Below the pieces are notes generated by a model. The model was not told where the DNA came from and made no database searches. It was given only the letters and a program-made list of their open reading frames with translations. The position numbers and the translations under genes were made by a program. A stretch of DNA of 64,000 bases from Camelus ferus (taxonomy: Eukaryota), in NCBI RefSeq assembly GCF_009834535.1, contig NC_045696.1, forward strand, positions 59,894,001-59,958,000. The letters are read 5' to 3'. This document shows positions 39,367-53,400 of the stretch, piece after piece (within the stretch, counting starts at the first letter, position 1; each line of letters starts with the position of its first letter).

Positions 39367-39500
39367 TTCTTTTTTTTTTTGTTTGTTTTTGGTGGCAGGA
39401 GGTAATCAGGTTTTATTCATTGTTTTAATGGATGTACTAGGGATTGAACCCAGGACCTTGTGCATGCTAAGCACGCAGTCTACCACCGAGCTATACCCCA
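39367..39500 (-). mobile_element. Second tRNA-Ala-derived SINE copy (Vic-1-like)
   Basis: Reverse complement reads ggggtatagctcggtggtagactgcgtgcttagcatgcacaaggtcctgggttcaatccc followed by an A tail; homologous to 1012-1168. Confidence 0.85.
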
Positions 39501-42139
39501 TCTTTTTATTTTTTGAAAGATTAAAAAGTCTTGAGCACTTTCTAAAGCTGACCAGAAGACTTAGTTAACAGGGAGAGTGTAGACACACAACCACTCATCA
39601 CACAGATATATGTGTTTACTCATTTTCCTCATCTCACTCGCCCACAAACCCATACAAAATCAAAGTCCGTGTTTTATTTTTGTTTGCCCGATGTCTAGCA
39701 TGGTGTCTGGCACACAACAGGTGCTCAGAACCTGTTGGTTGTTGGAGGCTGTGAACGCCATCAGGACAAGCTTGAAGCCCTGGGGGAAGATATCCGATGC
39801 TGGAAAAGAGAAAAGAAACAAGTACTATTGATGCTATAAACTTAAATGTGATTCTTGAAATGCTTCTAAGTTTTAGCAAATGTCCAAGAGACCCAGAGAC
39901 TTCAGGATGACATGAGAAAAAAAAGATGAGGAATTCTCTTTCCTGTGGCAGCAAAAGGGTCATGGTCAAGCAGAAGCCATAGGCTTTGCACCCAATATGC
40001 ACTGTTCTTGCATATTGGTCAGATTTCTCCAGCAAAAGGCTCTTCAGAGATGTGAGCAATGATGCATCCTCAGCCTCAGGGCCAGCTGCTCCTCTGTCTT
40101 TGGCTTAGTGTCAATGAACCAGCCCTGACAAGTTCAACTGGTGGTGCTTCCCAAGAGGCAACGCCCTGACAAGCCCCTCATCCTTTGCCTTTATTGGCTG
40201 GACCGCATACAGCATTCTGTATCTGAGCAGCAAAATCTGACCACTACTAAGCAACCAGTGTGATGCTTCTTTAAGCTAACCTTTTCTAAACCTCAAGTTC
40301 ACTTTGAGATGACAGATCGGGCTAGAAAGCCAAGACTCCACTGTCAAAGGCAACAGAGCCCCCTCAAAGGCCACCTTTGCCTCTCTGGTCTTAGCACCTG
40401 ATTTCTCAGTGCTGATGGCCAGCTGCCAAACTCTTCTAGTGACTACTGCATCCCACAAGAGAGCACCAAGGAAAGGACTTGGTCTCTGGCCCAACTCTAT
40501 TAATCACAGGGAGATTAAGGCAATGGAAGGAAGATGGAAAAAGCCCAAGTTCCTTAATGAACTCACCTTTCCAGTTTCAAAGAAGTCTATAATCAGCTGA
40601 GTGCAATGAACTACTAGTCCTCACAGGACCCTAAGAATGCTGACTCAGAAAGAAAAACAGAAGGCCGGTGACCAAAAGAAACAGAGGTGCCTCAGATCAA
40701 CATCTTGAATTTAGCTTAACCTGCCGGATCTGCCCAGCAGGCACTTCAGGGGAAATGCCAGCGGTATCTGGGGAGACATGAATTCACCACCGTCTCTCCT
40801 GGTCACTGCAACAGGATGAGAAGGTTACTATTTCCAACCTGGCAAGCTGTCATGTTGTTGTGGTTGGTTAACAGTTGCCATATTCCATCCTCAGCTGGCC
40901 ACCGTTCAGAGCCTAGAGCTGCACTCTCAATGGACAGAGCTGGTTTGGAATGTCACATGAGTGGGCCATGCTGAAGCCTGGCTGCCAGGAGCCCAGCCAA
41001 GCCGCGAGGTGGCAGGAAGCAGCCACCCAGAGCAGAGCATCCCCTGAGGGTTAGGGGAAGCGGGCTTTTCTTAGGTCAAGGCTTTGGGCCAACCACCTGT
41101 GGGGAGTGTGGCCAACATGCCAATCTTCTCAGCCACGGCCTCCCCCGCAGGGCTGATCAGTAACAGCCACATCAGTCTCCTGGTAGAAGAACAACAGCTA
41201 AATGAAATCATTCATGCCAAGAGCGTTTTACGAATTAGAATGGGCTAACAAAGGTTCATTTAAGGAAAGCAGGTCCAGCCTCATCAGTAAGAACAGCCAG
41301 ACGCCCACTGAGCACCAAGAGGAACACGCTGAGCCTTCACCAATAACGGATGGGGCACTTCAGCCGGACTCTCGGTCCATGTGTGTCCTCCAGCCTGGTC
41401 TGCCGGGTCTGGTATATGCTTACGTAACCCAGAGAAACTCACTTAAGCAAAACACAGACTAAATGTTTCCTAAATTTTTGACCAAAATAAAGAGCATTTA
41501 TTAGGTAAGACTTGGAAAATGTGGGCTCAATGCTTGGGTGGTGGCAGGAAGGGCTGTGGTGGTAATAAGATTTGGGAAGGGCCTCAAGCTAATCAAAATG
41601 AGTGAAATTTGGTGGAGGTTAACTATTTACTTGCAAGTCTGAATCTATAATCAAGAATTACAAGGTGCGTTAGTCCAGGTTCTGGGCCTCAGTTTCCCAC
41701 AATGTAAACAGTCAAAGCAGGTAACAGGCAGCTGGCCCACTGTGTGTCACTGGTGGTGCTAGGCAAGGCACCAGATGCAGATAATACCACTCTTTAGTGC
41801 TTGCTTATGATGGGCACCAAACACTAACAAATTAGCCTCAGTGTGGTTCCAAGGAAACACATTTCAACATAGTAAACTAAAGGGTCTTCAAATAGATTCT
41901 CCTTGCATTATTGCAACATCTGCCTAAAGGCCAACGTTATGATGTCAAATCACATACCAACCTGGGACGTATAGTCCTTTAGCTTAAGGATGGTGGGGCC
42001 ACCTGATCAAGACTTTTGGGGGTGGTGGTTGTGGGCTGGGGTGATAGGAGGCCACCTCCTTTGGGTCAGAGGGCAGCAGGCAGGGCTCGGGAAGGTGTCC
42101 AGTGACAGAAAAGTGTTAGCTTTCTAGGCCTTCCCCCAG

Positions 42140-42684
42140 TGTTAAAAAGCAAATTTTATCAGAGAAGTGAGAAAATGCAGAAACAAAGGAAAGCAGTCAA
42201 GCAAGACAAAGTAATAATAGTTTAGTCATAAAACAAAGTCAAGAGCCTTTAGCATCTCCTCAAGGGCTACAGATAACATCCTGAGCTATATCCTTGAGTT
42301 GTTTTGCAGAAACTAAAACCCCCACCAAGTGGAGGAAGTTGAATGCTTGCTGACCCACCGGTAGTCCCCAGACCTTAGACCCCAGGCAGCTGGAGGCAGA
42401 AAATTGATAATTGAGATTTCCCCAAATACCACCCTGTTACCTCACCACCAGCCAATCAGAAGAATGTCCATGAGCTGATCAGATTATGCAGCCCTCACCC
42501 CAGTGTTGCCTGTGAAAACCCTTCCCCGAAGGCCATTGGAGAGTTCGAGTCTTTTGAGCACAAGCTGCCTATTCTCCTTGCTTGGCCTGCAATAAATGCT
42601 GTACTTTCCTTCACCACAACCCAGTGTCAGTAGACTGATTTTGATGCATGTTGGACAAGCAGAACCCAGTTCCTTTCATTAACA
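42140..42684 (+). mobile_element. ERV1-type solo LTR (possibly MER41-related)
   Basis: Perfect terminal inverted repeat TGTTAA...TTAACA; AGCCAATCAG CCAAT box; AATAAA near 42590; LTR-like R/U5 text. Confidence 0.8.
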
Positions 42685-45230
42685 AGAAGCAAAACTTCTG
42701 GCAGGTTGAACTCATTCAGAGCAAATTCCAGACACCAGGGAGCATTTGGATCTGGGTGGAGCTCTTAGGTCAGTGTTCTGACAGTCAGGAACACTTATCC
42801 CAAAGGAAAACAGGGCTCCATCCAATCCTGCCCCACCCCACCAAGGCACTGAGCAGCGGAGTCCTATAATCAGTTATGTCACAGTTTCCAAAACTAAGTG
42901 ACAGCTCAACGCCCAAGAAGTAGAACCAAAGGAGCCTTAAGGACAACTATTTCAGTCACCAGAGGTCCTCATGGCTTCTTGTTAACTAAGAACGGACAAC
43001 ATTCTATCGGGTTGTCCTGTAACATGGAAAAGTTAATACCACCCAACTCTATACAGGACTGAGATCTCGTCTTTGGCATGCTCACGGTCTTCCTAGGATT
43101 TTCCTTTGCTTTTTAAGTTCCATTATTTCCTTCACAAGCCAAACTTCATGACCTTAAGGACCAGGCCTCAAGAGGCCTGGGCGTGGGCAGAGGCCTCATC
43201 ACCGGGTCTCCTGTCGGCACACTTCCCCTTCTAAGGAGAGAGACAAGAGTGGGGACACGAGATCCAACACTCAGATTATTCCATTTTTCACAGTCACTGT
43301 GACCTGCTGCTTAAGCTGCTTCTGGAATCAGAATGTGAGCAGGGAGCAAGAGCAGTAAGAAAACTGCATTCCCAGAGCTGAGTTCAGAGCATGGAACCAG
43401 GCAGGCTCTCAAAATGGCTCCCCAACACTCCCTCCCATCTTTCAAGATCTCACTAAGTCTGGATGATGAAGGTAGAAGCTTACATGGGTCATTATCCTTA
43501 TTCCTCAGTCCCAGAAAGTTTCTAAGGAATGGAAAATTCTAGGGACAACAAACATTTAGAAATTCAATGCTGTGAGCAACTCCAACTCTGCACCCCTGGC
43601 ACCCCATACAGCACACGGCACATGAGGAATGCTCAGCGAGCTCTTGAATGAGGTGAACACAGCACCCTACCTAAAACAAAATGAATCCCAGTGAGAGATC
43701 GCTGTTTCGGTATCTATAGCAGCACGAAGATCAGATACTTACTATGCTACAGTTTTTCCAAAGACCTTTCTCCAACCACAGGCTGCAAGAGGCTGGATGA
43801 TGCCAGACCGAGCGGCCCAGCTCACCTGGTTCATGCAGCCAATCTAAAAGGTGCCCTGTCTTATTATATGACTAAGCCCTAAATTTTGGGACCTTGTTGC
43901 CTTTCAAATGAATTTGAGCAATACCTGGATACAGATGGAATTCTTAGAGGATTCCTGACCGTGAGATGGATGCCTGTTGAGAACTTCTGAAACCAGCCTC
44001 TTTTGATGCCATGAATGTCTCTGATGCTTATCTTCGGGAAAGAAAATGTTCCTCTGGGAAAGCAGGGAGGGGGCAGCCAGCTAGTTACATTTACTCAACA
44101 GGCCGGGTGGGGAGGCAGCATCTAAGGAGCTTTACAGCTGGTGTCCTGTTTGCTGCTCACTAAAACCCTCTGGGTATCTGACAGATGAGAACATCCATCA
44201 GAGAGGGTGAGTGAAGGGTCCAAGGTCACAGAGGTAGAAAGGGGGCAGTGCCAGTTCTAGAATCTAGATTTGAACATGCACTGGCCTCGCATCCTGGTAA
44301 ATGGTCCTCTGTGGAAGTATCTTTACTAATTACAGTATATCATTCCTTATAATCATAGTTACTGAAGAATACTGTAACAAGTTCTATTCTCATAGCCACC
44401 ATATTCTGGGTACTCCAAAATGAAATATGCCTCTCTTGGCCTTCGCTGTCATGTGCATAATTAAGATTTATGTAGTAACCGATAAAGAAAACTGCTGTGC
44501 AGGCTATTCCTTTGAGGGAGAGGAGCCCTTGCTCTAGAAGATATATATTTTTTGCATCCTTGTTTTTGCAAATAGCATCCAGGGAAACATCAAGAAACTG
44601 AGCAGAGGTTAATATACATGAAATGAGTTAATATGCATGAAGAGTTTTCCAGGCTCTCCCACCTGAGGCACACAGTGGTAACAATCCCACCAAGAGGGCT
44701 CTTTTTCCTTGGGAAATTACATGTCAAATCTTGGCTCATTCAAAAGGTATTTTGGGAGGCCTCTGTCATGCAGCCACATTCAAGATGGTCCTAAAACAAG
44801 TCATTTATGAAATATGCAAACTGTGATGCAGTGATGGGAGGTAGCGTATGAGCATGGCCCCAGAAGGGGCCACCACAATACATATTCTGAGAGTGAAAAC
44901 TACATTTCTGAAGAAAACAGTACAAATAGGCTGAGAAGTACTTTTACAAACATATCTAGGTAACTGTTGCATGGGAGGGGGTTCATTTGGCAAGAATCCA
45001 GAAGTCTAGAATTAGGCCCTAATGTCAGAGGCACTTTTAACAGGAGAAGTTTAACGTAACCTTGGGAAGCCTTCTGGAAGCCATCAGCCCAGTCCAGGAA
45101 CCTGTATTTGGATGCTGGCTCTGGCCACCAGGAATGATGGCACTAGTGTCACTCTCCATTTTTTTACATCTGGGAGGACACTGCAGATGCCCTTTGATCT
45201 CTAATTGCCTGCCATGTTTTAAAGGAGACG

Positions 45231-45290
45231 CATATATATATATGGATAAATATATACATATGGAGATATATATATATCCACATATATATG
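45231..45290. repeat. Imperfect (AT)n repeat
   Basis: catatatatatatggataaatatatacatatggagatatatatatatccacatatatatg. Confidence 0.75.
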
Positions 45291-48200
45291 GATTAAACTG
45301 GCCAAATAACTTATTAGATGAAGTAAAATATATGATACCTTACTTAGATGTACCTTTGGGATCTCAAAATCACAAGACCAAAAGTGTTCTGTTCAAAATT
45401 CTATATCCTATTTGATACAAATTTTCTCAATATATGCAGCCCAAGAAGGAGGCTGACTACTAGCAAATTATTCCATGTACCCCAGACATTTTAAGTATAG
45501 AGACTGCTGAAAGCATCAGGGTTGGGACTGATTTCAACAGTTTACCATAATGGAGTAACTCAAATCCCAGGAAATGCACTGTTTGTGTGCAGAAACCAAC
45601 AAAGAACAACAAAGTCTGAGCACTAATTTTTAGTTACATTGAAAACAACTACACAGACCATGTCCTACTTCTCGTGTTCTATTAGCAGAGGGATTCCGAA
45701 AGGTCAACACTTCATGAGACTCAAAAGAACAGAAACTCTCCCAACAGCCCCACACCTCCTTCTGCACACACGGGGAGAGTCTGTGGACAGAACCATCCTC
45801 TAAGTTACGCTGCCTCTAGAAACCAGAGGGGGACCCAGCAGTCCTGGCTGCCCACCCATTCCCGTGACAGTGTGTCACAAAAGCCATCACCAAGTTACTC
45901 AGTTGCTTCCAGATCTTAGTCTGATTTGCTTCACTACTAACTTTTACGACCTATCACATAACAAACCTGTCCTGTCTCGGTGGGGGTAAGGACAAGAAGC
46001 CTTGAGCAGGCAGAGAGACCAGAGAGAAGTGGCAGGAGCTTCTCTAGAACATCCCCACCGGCTCTGGCCCTGGCTCCACCTCAGCCCCTGTCTAAAGATG
46101 GACCCCAACCGCACAGTCTGCATGGGCCAGGCCGCAGGAGAACGGCCCGAGAAAGACTGAGAGAATGCTGAAGTCAGCTGCCTGTGAGCCTCTGAGTCAG
46201 CAGCTTCAAGACCAGAGCGGTTGTTGAGAAATAAGACTTTTCTCCCACAAAAACCCCAAATGTAACAGCAATCCGAGAGCTCGAAATCAGTGGGCACAAT
46301 TCCGGAGGGGGAGCCCGAGCTCACCGCGGGTGCAAGGAACCGGGGGCGAGCCCCTCACCCACCCGCTCACGCCGCCTCCCTCCTGAACAAGCTGGAGTGT
46401 TTGCGAGACGACGAACTGAGGCTGGGAGCTGCACCGGCGGGCGACGGTCCTGCCTGGAGCTGGGCTCGGCTGTATGTCCTTCCTGGATGAGCACACACAA
46501 GCACGAGCTCATTCCAGAAACTACTGTACCCAGGAGGACTTGAACGGCGCCACATTTCAACTAGTCATTGCTTTCAAAGTAAAGGGGTGGACAAGGCTAA
46601 TCGGGGATGCGGTGGAAAGAAAGACAGTCAAATGTTCCAATCCGTGATGTATTCAAGTAATTCAACTTCTTGAATTATAGCCTAAGTGCTTCTTAGGAGA
46701 TAATATTACGTGAAAAAAGATACAAAATTGTGTATGGACACACACATACTCTTAGGAAAAAACCGAAAAGGAAAGATACTAACCTCTAAAAGTATGAGTG
46801 ATGGAATGATGAACAATTTCTCTCTCTTCAGAGCTTTCTAGACCTAAGAGTAACCGGCCAGCTAGCTGGAGTCGTCCTCTTGACTGAGGACACAGCTTTG
46901 GAAGGGATGTATGTGAACCAGTGAGAGGAAAGGAGTTCCTTGTCTGGTTTTCCAGATGGTCCAAATTAATCCTGGTCGCCAAGAAGGAGGCAGACAGCAC
47001 AGACTGACCACACATCCACCGACTCCCCTGTATTTTTCAAATTTTCCAATGGGGGAACAAAAGACACCCCAGCTCAGCAATCCCTAGGAGTTAGTGACTC
47101 GAAGCACCGCACATGGAGGGGCCTCAAAGGCTTCTCGAACCTCCTGTTTCTCCACCCTGGGACACATGATAGTCTCCCAATACCACAGGGCTGGACAGAG
47201 TACAGGGAGGAGAGAGGGCAGTGGGGTCAGGCAGAAGTCTGAAATGCAAGCCTAACTCAGGAGAACTGTGGGTTCTGGGGGTTGAACAAACAGCTGTGTA
47301 TTCACTCAGCTACAGAATACTCTGGTTTCCAAATGACCAGTTTTCCCCACTAAGGCTGCTCGCACCTCAAGTACCACCCTTCGGGCCCCGCACTTCCAGG
47401 CTCCCTGCCGTATCCAGAGGAACGTAGCATCTGAGGTGGGGGTGGAGGCACCTACCACATGCTGGGTCTTGCTTCCTGCCAAATACCATGCCAGATCCTC
47501 TGTCTACATCTTCAATTCTCAAAATTTTGCAGAAACAAGGAGTGTTGGGCCATTTTTAGAGACAGGAAACCCCAAAGTCCAAGACAACCCAGGCAGTAGG
47601 CTGATATTTAAACCGTGGGGACAGGATCTGCACGTTGCCCGACCTAGCAGCCCCAGTCCTTAGGCAACATGGACTCAGGTAGCCTTCCGGATGAAGACAC
47701 GTCAGAGGATTATTTTTGGTTCCTGACGGGAAAGGAGGGAGTTCTGTGATATTTGCCAATCTGTTTTGTTTTGTTTTTTAAATCCACCACTGAAAGCTAA
47801 TTACAGACACAGCCAGGCTTCTTGGAGCATTTATGGAGGCTGCTAATGGGATTGGGAAGTCCATCCATCCCGCCATGCTGGAAGTCCTCAGCAAAGCCGG
47901 GCGATTCACAGGGAAGGTGGCCCCGCCTGCACGCTGGGCAGCAGCTGCAGCTCCCACAGGTGCACGGTACTGACTCGTAAAGGCAACCAGCGGTCAGAGA
48001 GGCAATGTGCTCGTTGCCCTAGACACATTCTCTTACTGCTCACAGCAGCTCTGTGCCCGGAGTGACACAAGCAGCACGTGGTGGTGTTGGCTTTAGACCC
48101 AGGCCCGCCTGATCCTAAGCACTTCCTCTGTGAATCCAGACAAAACCATCCAACCCATCAGATAGGGCGGATCCCTGTTGCCTGTTCAGCACGTCAAATC

Positions 48201-49233
48201 TTAACTCCACCCCCAGCTGACTCTTCTATGGCATTCCCATGTCCTGCACGTTCCGGAGCAATTCCAATTTTGAACGTGCCGCTGCCGCTGCACCCGTGGG
48301 TGTACTCGAACTTGTCTCAAGGTGCAGTCGGCCCCAGGAGGCCCCACTCGCTCACCCTCGTCTGTGCAGCCCTGGGCACTTATATGTCCCGTGGAGGGAT
48401 GGTACTCCTCCCACAATGGCAGACTGTTTATATGCTCTGATTTACTTCACATGTTTGTGCTTTTTCTTCCCTGCTATATTCTAAGTTCCTTTTAAATCAA
48501 CACTTTACAACTGGAAGACAACTTTCAAGGAAGGAATTCTGGAAACAACAGAATACACACAGAATACACAATGGACTACACGGCAGTAGAAGACACTACA
48601 ATCCTGCCTAAAATTGTTCTGCATGACCCATGTGCAGGTGGCATGGTGTTGGAGAGAATGACCCTTTTGAGACACAATTTCACAGTATCTCATCGGAATG
48701 CAACTTCCAGAATGGGGACTGCCAAAATGTAATTTAACTGGAATCCATGTCAAGTCCTGTGCTTCGATTCAAAGATTTACGTGCTCAAACATGACACAAT
48801 AGCTAAAGTTTGTTCAAAATATTAAAAATCTTCAACATTTGGTAGTCAAGTTAAAACCAAGCTCAGTAGTACGACATGACTGTTTAACAGAAAAGAAAAA
48901 GAAAAGTGAGCTTTGTTAGGATGTGCTAATGGAAGTGGAATGTCCAGGGTACAGGAAACAAATGTTTAGCCAACGTCTGGGCTGAGTCCTCGTTATCCAG
49001 ACGGCACATAAGTGCCTGGACCTAAGAAGCACACTTAACAAGGTAGAGCCTCAGGGAAGGAAGAGACCCAGTGTGCAACCTGAATGAGAACACAGAAGAG
49101 AGAAACAAAAAGATCTTTTCGGACATTTGACAGGTTGTCATGTGTAAGAGGGGGCCTAAAATGTGAACCCTGAGCGGGAAGTGACTGAGAAACAATTTTC
49201 TGTACAACATAAAAGGAAACTTTCAAATCATGT

Positions 49234-49745
49234 TGTGGGAGGCAGAATGACGGTCCTCAAAGATGTCCATGGGCTCCTTCCTGGAACCTGTATCAGGGTT
49301 ACTTTACACAGTAAAAAGGACTCTGCAGATGCGATTAAGGATTCTGAGATGGGGAGACTCGCCTGGATCATCCTTGTGGATCCAACACAAACACAAGGCT
49401 CTTTATAAGGGGGAGGCAGGAGCATCAGAGAAAGATATGTGACAACAGAGCAGAGGTTTGTTGAAAGGTCAGAAAAAGAAATGAGGATGCTACACTGCTG
49501 GCTTTGAAAACAGAGGAAGGTTCTGCAAGCCAAGGAAAGTAGATGGCTTCTAGAAGCTGGGAAGGGCCACGGAACAGATTCTCCCCGCTTAGAGCTTCTA
49601 GAAGGAATGCAGCCTGCCAATACCTAGGTTTTAGCCAAATAACATCCCTTTCAGACTTCTGACTTCCAGAACTGTAACAGAATAAATCTGTTGTTTTAAG
49701 CCACTAAGTTTGTGGTAACTTGTCAGAGCAGCAGTAGGAGATGAA
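49234..49745 (+). mobile_element. MaLR MLT1D-like solo LTR
   Basis: ggcagaatgacggtcctcaaagatgtcc...aaggactctgcagatgcgattaagga...cttccagaactgtaacagaataaatctgttgttttaagccactaagtttgtggtaacttgt. Confidence 0.8.
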
Positions 49746-50057
49746 TGGGATGTCAATCAAGGGAACAGCCATCCCTGTCCCCAGAGGCAATCAAGAGGCT
49801 GATGGTCTACCTGTCAGGAGTGCTGTGCGGCAAGTCCTGGATGACCCGCAGCAGACTCCTCCAACTCTGAGAGTGCAGTCACGTGGCAGTGCCCTCTCCT
49901 GCTTTTGTACTCACCGTGCTGGCCCCACCCCCAAGGAGTGTCCTCGTCTTCTCCCAAGAGGACCGTGGCAATAAGCAAAAGGCATGCTTTGGGGATGTCC
50001 TAAGGGCACCCAGGCCTGTGCCTGACTCAGAGAATAAGGGCTTGTGGGGGCGCCTAC

Positions 50058-50487
50058 CTGAGCAGAGGACGCCTTTGTTCCTGGCACAGGAGAAGTTGTC
50101 GCACTCACAGAAGGGCCCGTAGATCTTGCCGAACTCGCTCTCAAAGCAGGAGCACTGGTTGCAGCTGCACTGCCCGCGCCCGCTGCACAGGGGCTTGCCC
50201 TCCGCTTCGCGGCACAGGTTCTGGTACCCGCTCTGGCTCTCCCCTTCCTGGCACTCGCACCTGGTGCCCAAGTAGCTGGGGTTGCACTCACACAGGCCGC
50301 AGACGTAAGTCCCGTTCCCGCTGCACCTGGCGCTGTCGGGCTCCAGCACCTCGCTGCAGCTGCACCTGCAGTTGTAGGTGACCCCCACCTCCAGGCTGTC
50401 CCGGAATCCCACGGGCCGCAGGGTGAACGTGTGCTGCGTGTGTTTGCCTGGGCAGCTCCGGGCCTCCACTGACACCTCAAAGGACGC
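50058..50487 (-). CDS. ITGB5: Integrin beta-5 exon 10 (end of hybrid domain, I-EGF 1-3)
   Basis: cag|GCGTCC acceptor; CAG|gtaggc donor; 430 nt; [14 protein letters not shown]...[24 protein letters not shown]. Confidence 0.97.
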
Positions 50488-53400
50488 CTGGGCACGAGAA
50501 AGAGAGGGGACATTGTGACCACGGTGTGTCTCCAGCCACTCAGGGATTTACCCCAAGCACAGTTCCTCCAAGGTCCTCAGTGAAGAGCTGGGGCCAAATC
50601 CAGCCCCTCCCCACCCTCAGGGAGGAGCGTCCGGGCAGCCCGAGCAGGAAGGGGCCCCGGAGTCAGCAAGTGCTTCACTTTACCCGGGAAGGGTGTCTTC
50701 AGGACGCCAGTGTTTGACAGGCATCATGCCTGGTTCTTCCGATCATTTTTTAGTCATTATCTCTTTTAATCTTCACACCTCCAAAAGGGCTTCCTTCCAC
50801 AGAAAGGTAGACGGATTCACTCAAGTTTACATGGTTCTTTTCCTCTGCTTTTTTCTTTTCCCCCCACTTCTATCCTATCCTCTCACCTCTCCATTTTGAA
50901 CGTCAACAAAATACACAACAAGTATTTACCGGGCATCTCCTCTGTGCCAGGCTAGACGTGCTCTCTGAACTTATGGGGCGCCGGGGCCGAGGGCCCTGGC
51001 AGCTGCCTGCCCCTGTCGAGGTGTTTCCTCCCCTGCTGGAAAGGGACAAAATGACTCCTAGGTCCCTCCCAGCATGACTGTTCCCGCACAGACACACCTG
51101 AGCTTCCCTCTGCCCCAGTTCCTCTCTGAGTGGTCCTCCCAGCTGCATCTTTCACCATCAGCCCACGGGCCTGAGGCTGTCAAAGAAGAGTCATTACCAC
51201 AGAAGTGGACAGACTTTTTCCTATTAAACAGAGCAAGTAAAGAAGTGTTGCTAACTCCTGAGCAGCTCATGGGTTGTCATGGAAACAGACAGCAAGTGGA
51301 CCTCGCTGGCAGATGGCGATGTAGGAAAGATGCCTGTTAGCTGCCCACGTGGCTGGGATGCGAGGAAAGCAAGAACATTGCTTACAGCGATTCTCCCAGG
51401 AAGCGGAGCACAGCTCCTCCAGCTCTCCTCCTCCCTTTGTGCAGTAAGGATCACCCAGCACTGCCCTCCGAGCAGGGCACTGTGCAAATCCACACACAGG
51501 TGGCTAGCACGCCCTGGCCAAATGCCATCCTGAAGTGCTTCCTTCCCTGAACGGACAGAGACCTGGGCCCACTCCAGAAACCAAATCATCGCCTCTGGTC
51601 CAGATGCCTTTTTCAAAAGGCTCCTCAGAATATTCTAAAGTGCAAAGCAAGTTAGGACCCACTTTTAGCGATTTTTACTGTCAGTTCTACTACTTGGGTT
51701 GGAAGAAAGCTGATTTTTCAAAAGTCAGTAAATAACCTGCTTTACTGGGTGCCCTTTAGGTAACAATGTATATTTTTGGAAAATATCCAAAATTTGTTTT
51801 TCTAAATGTTCTACAGATTTTTATCACTGTACTAATTCTAAAAGGCTTCTCCTCAGATCTGTGACATCTAGGGATCCCTCGGGGGAGAGCAGGAGTGTGT
51901 GAGACTGTGCAGGACAGCCCCAGCTCTCTAGGTCCTGGAGAGAGTACTGCTTGGCAGTAAGCCACGGCTCTGGGGACTCAACAAGACAGCCAGGAGTCAG
52001 CACTAGCAGGGGAGCATCCCAGGAGATGCTGTTGGACAGGTGAGCTGAGGACGATGACCAGGAGCCAGGGTCAGAGGACACTGGGAGAACCAAGCCAGTG
52101 CAGACACTTGGGACTGGCCCACCCCTTATGTCCATGTGGTGAGTGGGAGGAAGCAAAGGGAGAGATTGACGAAAGCAAGTTCAAGACCAAGTTCCGAGCC
52201 CTGAGGTACAGGTGAGCTCTCAAGGGAAGGAAACAAGATGGGGACCCATTTGGGGCACTAAAATCTGCCTAAGGACAACAAACACTAATGGTTACCAGGT
52301 GCCAGGTACTACACACACCAGACGCTGTGCTGGGCATTTCTACGAGCATCTCATTTATCCGCCCTAGAGGAAACATCCTCTTTTACTAGAGAGAAAATGG
52401 GGTTGGTGGCTCGGGGATCTTAGTGCTGGTCACAGAGCTGGGGGTGGGGGGACTGGGTCTGTGTTCTCCTTTGGCATGCCACCTCCTAGAAACAGGGGAC
52501 GAGGCAGATGCCCAGTGTCCGGATCTGGGTACAGAGGGAGAGGCCCGGCTCACTGCATGGACTACTAGATGGAGCCCCCCAGGCAGTGACCAGAAGCTCC
52601 CTAAAATCTTCCTGTCTCGGGCTGGGGATGATCTGAGCCTGCAGATGGGAAGGATGCGGGGGTGGGGGGCTGCACCTGACCGGGGCCACCCATTCATGGG
52701 GCCATCAAGAATGTGGAGGTGAACATCCCTCCCTTGGAGGCTCAGAGAGAAGCCATGACTTGCTCAAGGCTACTACTTCCCACGGGAACAAGTTTGCTGG
52801 ACTTGTTAAATGGGAAGTCCTGCCCAGCAAAGGCATATGGGGGTCAGAAGTGGGATAAATTGCAAATAACCTAGACCACGAGGCAAAAGCATTTAATTAT
52901 TGCAAGACTGTGGGGACTGTCCATCTGTGAGCATAACCTTGCCCCGGGAAAACTTGCCTTATAAGGGATCGAGGAGCAAGAGATAATTAAATCTCCTGGG
53001 TCTTGCCCACGTGTCTGGGTTTGCTCAGGAGTAAGTGGAGATGCTGGGGCTGCCCAGAACCAGTGCTGGAGCCTATCACTGAGGATTCAGAGAGGCTCAC
53101 TCACTGTCTGCCTAGCTGAGGGAGTGAGGAGGACCCAGCTTTCAAGCAGGTCCCAGCGGCCTTCCTCAGCCAAAGCTTTGGTCTAACCGAGGTCCTAGCT
53201 CTCGGGCCCCACACAGCCTAGCACGCAGCAGGCCACCTGATAACCAGAGAACGGCTCCATTTCAGCCACTGGGTCTCAGGTCCTGCCAGGCACAGGAATG
53301 CTATAAAAAGCACTTCGGGAACAGCCAGTAAATCTGTTCTGCTACCCCTCCCTTCAGAGTCCATCTCCCTAAGGGATCAGGAAAGAATCCAGAGAGACTG

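Noticed and set aside
49911..50522. 203-aa alternative-frame ORF overlapping ITGB5 exon 10
   Set aside because: By-product of GC3-rich, Cys-rich codon usage; starts in the intron with no independent support
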